The notes below the pieces were generated by a model, which had not been told where the DNA came from, searched no databases, and saw only the letters and a list, made by a program, of their open reading frames with translations. The translations under genes were made by a program, and so were the position numbers. A stretch of 49,216 nucleotides of DNA, taken from contig JAFONM010000046.1 in the NCBI GenBank assembly GCA_017418445.1, positions 1 to 49,216 of the forward strand, in the 5' to 3' direction. Below, piece by piece: positions 38,039 to 46,086 of this stretch (position 1 is its first letter; each line of letters opens with the position of its first letter). The stretch is from Kiritimatiellia bacterium. Lineage in GTDB: Bacteria; Verrucomicrobiota; Kiritimatiellia; RFP12; UBA1067.

Positions 38039-38317
38039 ATGGAAACGGTGGAGATGCTCGGTGTCAGGGCGAAGGTCGCGCGGACCTTCGCGGAACGCGC
38101 GCGGGGACTCATAGGGACCAGGGACCTCGAGCCAGGAACGGGAATGCTGATCCTCCATTGCAACGCGATACACACGTTCTTCATGAGCTTCCCGATAGAT
38201 GCGACGTTCCTCGACCGGAACGACAGGGTGGTCAAGGTGGTGAAGGGCATCCGCCCGTGGCGCCCCATTGTCTGGGGTGGATGGCGCGCGTCGAAGGTGC
38301 TGGAGACGAAGTCGTGA
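38039..38317 (+). CDS. DUF192 (COG1430-like) protein
   Basis: RARGLIGTRDLEPGTGMLILHCNAIHTFFMSFPIDATFLD matches the RxxGLM...GMLF...WM...PLD..F pattern of DUF192. ATG 38039 chosen within track ORF 37970..38317. Confidence 0.65.
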   Translation: METVEMLGVRAKVARTFAERARGLIGTRDLEPGTGMLILHCNAIHTFFMSFPIDATFLDRNDRVVKVVKGIRPWRPIVWGGWRASKVLETKS

Positions 38318-38898
38318 GCCGCGTCCCGACGACATCCGTCTCGCTGCTGGCGACGCTGGCGGACGATCCGCGCAGCGCCAGATGGAACGAGCTGTACTCT
38401 CGCTACGAGCCCCTGATGCGCTCCTTTCTCCGTTCGCGCTTCCCGCTGCTCGACGAGGACGACCTGGTGCAGGAGACGATGCTCGCCCTGTCCAGGATAC
38501 TTCCGGACTACAGGTATTCGCCGGAGACGAAGGGAAGCTTCCACAACTACCTGACGAGCATCCTCAACCACAAGGCGCTCGACGCGGCGAGAAGGGGAAG
38601 GCGCGAAGGCGAGGTGCGCGCGGACTACCGCAAGGAGCGGCAGGCGGCTGCGCCGGCGGACGACGACGCGGCGACGCTGAAATCCGACGCGCTCGAGCTC
38701 GCGATAGCGCAGCTCCTTTCGGACGAGTCGGTGAATCCGATGCACAGGACGGTGTTCCGCCGGGTGGCGCTCGAACGCGAGAATCCGGAGTCCGTCGCGA
38801 CCAGTCTCGGAATCTCCCGCGCGAACGTGGACCAGATAAAGAAGCGCCTCCTCTCGAGGCTGTCGGCGCTCGTCACCGCGCTTCTGGGCGACGTCTAG
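38314..38898 (+). CDS. ECF-type RNA polymerase sigma-70 family factor
   Basis: Region 2 (DLVQETMLAL) and region 4 HTH (ESVATSLGISRANVDQIKKRL). GTGA overlap with the DUF192 stop. Confidence 0.85.
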   Translation: MSRVPTTSVSLLATLADDPRSARWNELYSRYEPLMRSFLRSRFPLLDEDDLVQETMLALSRILPDYRYSPETKGSFHNYLTSILNHKALDAARRGRREGEVRADYRKERQAAAPADDDAATLKSDALELAIAQLLSDESVNPMHRTVFRRVALERENPESVATSLGISRANVDQIKKRLLSRLSALVTALLGDV

Positions 38899-39568
38899 AC
38901 TTCAGGTACTCCTCGAGTCCGCGGGCGCGGAGCCTGCAGGCCGGGCATTCGCCGCAGCCGTCGCCGGGAACGCCCCTGTAGCAGGTGACGGTCTTCCTGC
39001 GGACGAGGTCGAGTATCCCGAGCCTGTCCGCGAGCGCCCATTCCTGCGCCTTCGTCCTGTGCATGAACGGCGTGACGATCCTGAAGGGCCACAGCATCGC
39101 GAGGCGCATCGCCTTCTCCTGCGCTCGGATGAACTCCTTCCGGCAGTCGGGGTATCCGGAGTAGTCCGCCTCCGAGACCCCCGTGTAGATCGTCCTGGCG
39201 CCCAGGCTCTTCGCCCAGACTCCCGCGGCGAGGAGGAAGAACGCGTTTCTTCCCTCTACGACCGTGGAGGGACACGTCGAGCCTTTCTTGCGTTCGATCG
39301 GAATCTGCCTGTCGAGAAGGGCGTTTGTGGTGAGGTCCTTGTAGAAGCCGAGCCTTACAGTCCTGTGGCGCTTCACGCCGAACGTGCGCGCGAGCGATTT
39401 CGCGTAGCGGGTCTCTATCGAGTGACGCTGCCCGTAGGCGAAGGTGATGGCGGCGACGCGCTCCGGGCCGTACTTGTCCGCCGCAAGCTTGAGGCAGATG
39501 GCGCTGTCCTGCCCGCCGCTCAGGACGACCACCGCGTCCGCGTCGCCTCTGCGTTTCGCCGGCTTCAT
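38873..39568 (-). CDS. queC: 7-cyano-7-deazaguanine synthase
   Basis: PP-loop VVLSGGQDS and C-terminal zinc motif CYRGVPGDGCGECPACRLR; 231 aa. It forms only the C-terminal third of track ORF 38873..41173. Confidence 0.92.
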   Translation of the reverse strand: MKPAKRRGDADAVVVLSGGQDSAICLKLAADKYGPERVAAITFAYGQRHSIETRYAKSLARTFGVKRHRTVRLGFYKDLTTNALLDRQIPIERKKGSTCPSTVVEGRNAFFLLAAGVWAKSLGARTIYTGVSEADYSGYPDCRKEFIRAQEKAMRLAMLWPFRIVTPFMHRTKAQEWALADRLGILDLVRRKTVTCYRGVPGDGCGECPACRLRARGLEEYLKSRRRPEAR

Positions 39569-40467
39569 GACCTCAGCCCCAGGGACGAGACGCCCGGTGT
39601 CGCGCGAGGCTTGAACGAGACGCCTTTCTCGATCTCCTGGCACATCGAGTATACGTCGCCCCACGAGGGTATGCGGTAGTCCCGGTTCTTGACGAGCATC
39701 GCCTCGAGAAGCTGGCAGAAGCCTTCGGATATGGAGGCGTGGTAGAGACGCGGATCCCTCGCCTGGCGAGTTTCGTCGCAATGCGCCTTCATCATGTCCT
39801 CGTTGCCGAGTCCGGGGAAGAGGACGCGCCCCGTCGCGAGATGGTAGAGCGACGCCGCGAGCGAATAGATGTCCGCCCGGCAGTCGGGCTCCAGGTCGCC
39901 GTAGACCTGCTCGGGAGATATGTATGCCGGGGTGCCCATCACGTGCTCGGGCGCCTCCTGCAGTCCGTTCTTGAGGTACTGGAACGTGTGGCAGAGCCCG
40001 AGGTCGGTGAGCTTCACGACGCCGTCCGTGTTGACCATGATGTTGTCCGGCTTGACGTCGCAGTGGACGATTCCGTAGCCGTTCCACGCGTAGTCGAGCG
40101 CCGCGGCGACCGATTCGCATATCAGCAGGCAGTCGACCTCCTGGAGGTGCTGCTTGCGCTGCAGGAGGGCTCCGAAGTTGTAGCCGTCGACGTATTCCAT
40201 TATGAAGTACCAGAGTCCCTCGGTATAGCGCATCTGGTAGCTCTTGACGATGCCGGGATGGTCGATCATCTCCATCGTCTTTTCCTCGGCCTGGAATTGC
40301 TGCACGTCCTCGATGTTCTGCGTGAACTCCGGATTGAGTATCTTTACTGCGACCACGCGGTTGTTGGCGAGGTCCATCGCCTTCCATACTTCCGACATGC
40401 CTCCCTCTCCGATCTTCGTCATGAGTCGGATGTCTGGAAGCTGCAGGTCTATCGGTTTGAGTCTCAT
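39565..40467 (-). CDS. Hanks-type serine/threonine protein kinase (kinase domain only)
   Basis: GEGGMSEV glycine loop, VAVKIL, HCDVKPDNIM, DLGL and GTPAYISPE; 300 aa with no TM or sensor domain. Confidence 0.9.
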   Translation of the reverse strand: MRLKPIDLQLPDIRLMTKIGEGGMSEVWKAMDLANNRVVAVKILNPEFTQNIEDVQQFQAEEKTMEMIDHPGIVKSYQMRYTEGLWYFIMEYVDGYNFGALLQRKQHLQEVDCLLICESVAAALDYAWNGYGIVHCDVKPDNIMVNTDGVVKLTDLGLCHTFQYLKNGLQEAPEHVMGTPAYISPEQVYGDLEPDCRADIYSLAASLYHLATGRVLFPGLGNEDMMKAHCDETRQARDPRLYHASISEGFCQLLEAMLVKNRDYRIPSWGDVYSMCQEIEKGVSFKPRATPGVSSLGLRS

Positions 40468-40470
40468 GTC

Positions 40471-41319
40471 TCAGTGGTCTTTCTTGACGCCCATCCCCTT
40501 GCACTTTTCGCACGGACGGGCCTTTCGCCCGCCGCACACCGGACACGCAACCTTGCCGGCTCCGCCGCATTCGGGACAGATCGACACGTTGATCTTCTCC
40601 GAGGTGCGCGTCACGTTTCGCGATCCCGAGCTGCGCCAGCTTCCGCTGAGGCCGCCGCCGGACGAGCGTTTCGTTGACTTCGTCGAGGTCTTCACGATGC
40701 TCCAGCCGCTCTTGCAGTCGTCGTTCGGGCATTTGATCCATCCCTTGCCGTCGCACTTCTCGCAGGGCTCGATTCCCGTCCAGTTGCACGCCTTGCACGG
40801 CTTGCCGTAGGAGGACTCGATCATCTTGAGCTTTTCCTTGCGCTGTTTCTTCGCCTCGCGCCTCTTCTCCCTGTCTTCCCTGTCCCCGGCGGTCTCCTTC
40901 GCCTCCAGCGAGTCGTAGGCATCGCGCGGCACGAAGGCGCAGCCAACGGGGATGTCGCCCTTGGCCAGGTGGTCGGCCTCGAACTTTTCGCGGTCCTTTG
41001 CGACCTGGGCACGGAGTCCGATCGGGTCGATGTAGGCCTCCATGCCGCCGTCGCCGCCGCAGAATGTGCACTTTACGGTCTTCTTCCTGTTCGGCGTCCC
41101 CAGCCTGCCCTGGTACTGGCCGTGGTCGGGTTCGATAAGGTCGAGTTTCCCCCTGCCTTCGCAGACGGGACACTTGGAGTGTGTCTCCAGGTTCGGCTTC
41201 TCCGCAGAGACTTCCCCGGCGCCTTCCGCCGGCGGAACGAGAATGTAGTTCGCCACGGTGTTCTTCGCCTCGAAGAACGGCAGGAAGGAGACTGCAAGGA
41301 TCAACGAGGAAGCGGTCAT
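40471..41319 (-). CDS. membrane-anchored or exported Cys-rich protein with repeated DnaJ-type CxxCxGxG zinc-finger motifs
   Basis: N-terminal hydrophobic segment SSLILAVSFLPFF, then CPVCEGRG, CTFCGGDG, CKAC, CEKCDGKG, CPNDDC, CPECGGAG, CPVCGG and CEKCKGMG, with a Lys/Glu/Arg-rich linker. Start taken at 41319 (ATGA overlap); the ATG at 41331 is an alternative. Confidence 0.75.
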   Translation of the reverse strand: MTASSLILAVSFLPFFEAKNTVANYILVPPAEGAGEVSAEKPNLETHSKCPVCEGRGKLDLIEPDHGQYQGRLGTPNRKKTVKCTFCGGDGGMEAYIDPIGLRAQVAKDREKFEADHLAKGDIPVGCAFVPRDAYDSLEAKETAGDREDREKRREAKKQRKEKLKMIESSYGKPCKACNWTGIEPCEKCDGKGWIKCPNDDCKSGWSIVKTSTKSTKRSSGGGLSGSWRSSGSRNVTRTSEKINVSICPECGGAGKVACPVCGGRKARPCEKCKGMGVKKDH

Positions 41320-42695
41320 TCCGAACTCCATTCCTTTATCTTGCGGTGAAGGGTGCGGCGGGAGATGCCGAGTCTGCGCGCGGCTTCGGACTTGTTGTTG
41401 CGGGATTCCGCGAGGACGGCGAGGATCTTCGCCTTCTCGGTTTCGGCAAGGGACGCCTCGCCGCCGTTCTCCTCCGGCGGCGTCGCGGTCCCGGCGGCCT
41501 GCGCGGGCTTCGCCGCCGCGGCGTCCGCGATCTCCTCCGGGATGTCGTCGACCGTGAGCCTGCCGCCGGAGGAAAGAACGACCATGCGCTCGATCGCGTT
41601 TCGAAGCTGGCGGACGTTGCCCGGCCACGAGTAGTCCTCTAGGACCCTGATCGCCTTCGCGTCGATGCCCGTCACGGCGGTTCCGTTCGCGGCGGCGAAC
41701 TCCTTCACGAACCGCTTCGCGAGCGGCGCGATGTCCTCGCGGTGCTCGGAGAGGGCGGGAGTCCTTATCTCTATGACGTTGAGCCGGTAGTAGAGGTCCT
41801 CGCGGAACTTCCCCTCCGCCGCGAGCCGGGCCAGGTTCCTGTTCGTCGCGACTATGAGGCGGAAATCCGACTTGCGCGTGACGGCCTCGCCGACTCGCTG
41901 GAAGGTGTGCGTCTCCAGGACCCGGAGGAGCTTCACCTGGACGTCCTCGCGTATCTCGCCGATCTCGTCGAGGAACAGGGTTCCGCCGTTCGCCGTCTCG
42001 AAGCATCCCGCGCGGTCGATCGCGCCCGTGTACGCGCCCTTGACGGCTCCGAAGAGTTCGCTCTCGAGAAGGGTGGGAGGCAGCGACGCGCATTCGACGG
42101 CGACGAACGGACCGTCCTTGCGGCGCGAGAGGTCGTGGATCGCACGCGCGGTGAGTTCCTTGCCGGATCCGCTCGGACCCTCCACGAGGACCGTCGCGTC
42201 CGTCGGCGCGACCTTGCGGATGAGCCTGTAGACCTTTTCCATCGCGGGCGAACTGCCGGTGAACGATCCGATCGCGCCGCCGTCCCCGAGCTCCTGCTCG
42301 AGCGTCTCGACGCGCTTCATCAGCGCGTGCCTCTCGATCGCCTTCGCGACCCTCAGCTCCATCTGCCTGAGGTCCGTGATCGGCTTCGTGAGGAAGTCGT
42401 CCGCGCCGTCCTTCATCGCCTCGACCGCGAGGTCTATCTCCCCGAACGCCGTGACGAGTATCGCCGCGAGCGACGGGTGGGACTCCTTCGCCTTCCTGAC
42501 GAGGTCGATGCCGTTCATGCCGGGCATCCTGTAGTCCGTGACGAGAAGGGCGGTGTCCGGATTCGCGGCGAGCGTCTCGAGGGCGATCTCTCCGTCCGGG
42601 GCCGTGATGCACTCGTAGCTGGCGCCGAGAATCCGCGCCATCACGTCGCGGGTGGGCTTCTCGTCGTCTACTATGAGTATCTTCGGCTTCGCCAT
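41316..42695 (-). CDS. sigma-54-dependent response regulator (NtrC family: REC, AAA+, HTH)
   Basis: Receiver LVTDYRMPGMNG, Walker A GPSGSGKE, ESELFG, GAYTGA (GAFTGA-type loop) and C-terminal HTH AARRLGISRRTLHRKIKEW. Confidence 0.92.
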   Translation of the reverse strand: MAKPKILIVDDEKPTRDVMARILGASYECITAPDGEIALETLAANPDTALLVTDYRMPGMNGIDLVRKAKESHPSLAAILVTAFGEIDLAVEAMKDGADDFLTKPITDLRQMELRVAKAIERHALMKRVETLEQELGDGGAIGSFTGSSPAMEKVYRLIRKVAPTDATVLVEGPSGSGKELTARAIHDLSRRKDGPFVAVECASLPPTLLESELFGAVKGAYTGAIDRAGCFETANGGTLFLDEIGEIREDVQVKLLRVLETHTFQRVGEAVTRKSDFRLIVATNRNLARLAAEGKFREDLYYRLNVIEIRTPALSEHREDIAPLAKRFVKEFAAANGTAVTGIDAKAIRVLEDYSWPGNVRQLRNAIERMVVLSSGGRLTVDDIPEEIADAAAAKPAQAAGTATPPEENGGEASLAETEKAKILAVLAESRNNKSEAARRLGISRRTLHRKIKEWSSE

Positions 42696-42709
42696 TCCGT
42701 CTCCCGCCC

Positions 42710-43764
42710 CTATTTCAGTTCCCTCACGCGGCGCTCGAGCCGCGGCAGGCGTATCGTGAAGGACGTCCCTTCGCCGGGGTTCGACTCGACCGCTATGGAT
42801 CCGCCGTGGTCGCGGACTATCCTCTGGGATATCATGAGCCCGAGCCCTGTGCCGTGCTCCTTCGAGGTCCTGTACGGCTCGAAGAGGTGGGCCACCTGCT
42901 CGGCGCCCATTCCGAGTCCGTCGTCCGAGATCCTGACCACGACGTCGTTGTCGTCGGACGATATGTCGATGTCGATCTCGCCTCCGTCGCGCATCGCCTC
43001 GAGCGAGTTCTTCACCAGATTGAAGAAGACCTGCTCCATCTGGTCCTTGTCTATCGCGACGGGCGGTATCGCCCCCGCGAGGTCGAGCGTCACCGATATG
43101 TGGCGCTGCTCGAGCTGGGCCTTCATCGTCGCGAGGCAGTTCCTTACCGGTTCCGCGACGGATCCAGGTGCGAGGTTCGGCTTCGACGGACGAAGGGCCT
43201 GGAGGAATCCCCTGAGGATTCCCTCGAGCCGCTCCACCTGTCTGAGACATTCGTCTATGGATTCGTCGTCGCCGGCCGTGCGCTTGAGGAGCTGGAGGTT
43301 GAGAGAAAGGGCGTTGAGGGGATTCCCGATTTCGTGGGCGACTCCGGCCGCGAGATCACGGACCGCGCGCGTCGCGCCGACGCGGAGCTCCTCCTCGGTG
43401 CGCTCCTTCTCCGCCGAGACGTCGCGGAGATGGACGAGCGTCTTCGCGTCGTCGATCGGGACCGTCTGCATCTCGAGAGTGCGGGCGTCCGGATATGTTA
43501 TCCCGATTTCGCGCTTCGACGCCTTCCCGAGGGGGATCGCCAGCGCATCGATCGCGTCCTCCGGATCCATGCCGAGAAGCCTCGAGACGGCCGGGTTGGC
43601 CTTGAGTATCGCGCCGTCGCGGTCGAGGACCATGATTCCCTCGGCAAGCGTCGCGAAGAGGGCGTCGAGCGAGGCCGCTTCGTCCGAGAGCCTCGCATAC
43701 TCTTCGCGGAGATGCGTGACGTCGAGCCGCTCTATGTGGCGGCGAACTCCTCGGAAGAAATCCT

Positions 43765-43768
<4 letters not shown>
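42710..43768 (-). CDS. cytoplasmic PAS-domain sensor histidine kinase (NtrB-like)
   Basis: PAS-like N-terminus, H-box AGVAHEIGNPLNAL, N-box FFNLVKNSLEAM, and G-boxes DDGLGM and GTGLGL; no TM segment; 352 aa. Confidence 0.9.
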
Positions 43769-44795
<1,027 letters not shown>

Positions 44796-44799
<4 letters not shown>

Positions 44800-45200
44800 T
44801 CTTCCGGTTTCAAGTCGGTTTCCCAGTCGGCGTCTTCCCTGTTGAAGACGAGTTCCGCGCTCGTGTATATCGCATGGCGCTTGAACAGTATGAAAAGGAC
44901 GCTTTCGTCCGTCGTGTGCGTCGTCACGTCCCTGACGCCGAGGGCGTTCTTCTCCGTGACGGCGTAGTCGAGCATCTTGATGTTGTTGGCGAGCGTAGTC
45001 TTCTGGCGGAAGAGGCACGGCCAGAAGCATCCCGGCTCGTCGGGATCGCCCGATGCCAGAGGTATGAGATTGAGGAAGTACCAGCCGGTATTGGCCACTA
45101 CGACCATCGAGACCCCGCCCTTGTCGCTGTAGTTGACGCTGGCGCATCCGGAGGCGAGGAAGATCGCGGCGAGACAGAGGCAAAGAAGCGGCTTTTTCAT
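44796..45200 (-). CDS. small lipoprotein, paralogue of the upstream gene
   Basis: Lipobox FLASGC. Shares VVANTGWYFLNLIPLASG with VYVANYGWYLFHTVPVACG of its neighbour. Confidence 0.7.
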
Positions 45201-45643
45201 TTTGCGCCATCCTCCTTCTCCGCGGTCGGGTGCCTGTCGGCGCTGACCAGCGTTCCCGAAAGCTGCACTTCGCGGTAGGTGAGCAGGTACGGCACCGGAA
45301 TCGGCAGGTCGATTCCCGGAATCGAAAGCATTACGGAATCCGTCACCGTGTAGCACATGTCCTCGACGCCCATCCTCTGACCGTTCGCGTACTCCATGAA
45401 GCGCCCCTGCACCTTGTCCATCGTCACGTCGTCGCGGAACATCACCCACGGAAGCCACCTGTCCCTGTTCGCGTTTCCGCAGGCTACGGGGACGGTGTGA
45501 AAGAGATACCAGCCATAGTTTGCGACGTATACGTGCTCCTTGTCCGTGCTCTTTATCTTCGCCCTCTGGATGGTGAAGCACCCGGTGAGGCACAGGGCCG
45601 TCCCGAGGACCATCGCGATGCGGCAGACATTGACGAATTTCAT
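45197..45643 (-). CDS. small lipoprotein (first gene of the operon)
   Basis: Lipobox CLTGC. The ATG at 45643 lies 7 nt downstream of a TATAAT box. Confidence 0.7.
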   Translation of the reverse strand: MKFVNVCRIAMVLGTALCLTGCFTIQRAKIKSTDKEHVYVANYGWYLFHTVPVACGNANRDRWLPWVMFRDDVTMDKVQGRFMEYANGQRMGVEDMCYTVTDSVMLSIPGIDLPIPVPYLLTYREVQLSGTLVSADRHPTAEKEDGAK

Positions 45644-45650
45644 TCTCAAT

Positions 45651-45659
45651 ATTATACTA
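45651..45659 (-). promoter_or_regulatory. -10 box TAGTATAAT (minus strand, leaderless geometry) for the eight-gene operon
   Basis: The reverse complement of 45651-45659 reads TAGTATAAT. There are 7 nt between the hexamer and ATG 45643, with no SD. Confidence 0.5.
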
Positions 45660-45701
45660 AAAGTGGCCGTTTGGCGCAATGCCCGCCAGCCGCCAGCCAC
45701 T
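45659..45701 (-). terminator. putative intrinsic terminator after the small membrane-protein gene
   Basis: On the minus-strand RNA, AGUGGCUG (45701-45694) pairs with CGGCCACU (45669-45662). There is an inner 4-bp stem, then UUUU (45662-45659). Confidence 0.4.
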
Positions 45702-45972
45702 AACCACCAGCCACTTTACTCCCCTTGCCCGCGTACCGGTAGTAGAGGAACAGGTCGGTCGCCACGAGGAGCAGGTCGGCGGCATAGAGCCATGTCACCC
45801 AGTTCATGTCGTATACCGCCTTGTGGGCTATGCCGAAGAGATATCCCAGGATGACTATCCACATGAAAAGGGGGCTCTTCCCCTCGACGACGTGTGTCCT
45901 GAGGCTTTTTGCGATCGAGAACGGCCACGAGAAGCCGAAGCATGCAAGCATTCCGATTTCGAATACGCTCAT
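45700..45972 (-). CDS. small three-TM membrane protein, possibly SemiSWEET/PQ-loop-like
   Basis: 90 aa with three hydrophobic helices. WPFSIAKSLRTHVVEGKS resembles the PQ-loop motif region. Function is tentative. Confidence 0.55.
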   Translation of the reverse strand: MSVFEIGMLACFGFSWPFSIAKSLRTHVVEGKSPLFMWIVILGYLFGIAHKAVYDMNWVTWLYAADLLLVATDLFLYYRYAGKGSKVAGG

Positions 45973-45999
45973 TTCGACGATCTTTCCTTTCGGGCCGCT

Positions 46000-46008
46000 A
46001 TTATACCA
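46000..46008 (-). promoter_or_regulatory. extended -10 box TGGTATAAT (minus strand) for the small membrane-protein gene
   Basis: The reverse complement reads TGGTATAATAGC, with AAAGGAAAG SD and ATG 45972 downstream. Confidence 0.5.
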
Positions 46009-46044
46009 TTTCCGGCAGACTGGCGTCCGCGCAGGGCGAAGTTT

Positions 46045-46057
46045 TGATATAATATCG
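46045..46057 (+). promoter_or_regulatory. extended -10 promoter box TGATATAATATCG for the glutamine-synthetase-family gene
   Basis: A box copy preceded by TTTT; ATG 46087 is about 30 nt downstream. Confidence 0.55.
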
Positions 46058-46086
46058 CCATTCAAACAAGTACGAAAGACAGACAA

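Noticed and set aside
34889-38335. 1148-aa minus-strand ORF spanning the whole ATPase cluster
   Set aside because: It is antisense to pilT, the second PilB-like gene, the small ORF and DUF192. It has the same Arg/Asp/Glu/Val/Leu-rich artefact composition and no recognisable domain.
38873-39568. QueC as part of a defence system (QatC-like or Dpd 7-deazaguanine DNA modification)
   Set aside because: It has the canonical QueC size (231 aa), PP-loop and C-terminal zinc motif. No QatA/B/D, DpdA/B/C, queD, queE or folE partners are adjacent. The simplest reading is the housekeeping queuosine pathway gene.
38873-41173. 766-aa ORF, plus similar long minus-strand track ORFs 40471..42612, 41316..43250, 42710..44683, 43765..45210, 44796..45593 and 45700..48357
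   Set aside because: Each is a chimera. Only the C-terminal part downstream of an internal ATG is a real gene (queC, ZnF, NtrC-like, HK, hisC, lipoprotein and small membrane protein respectively). The N-terminal extensions are out-of-frame read-through of the neighbouring gene and are Arg/Gly/Pro-rich nonsense.
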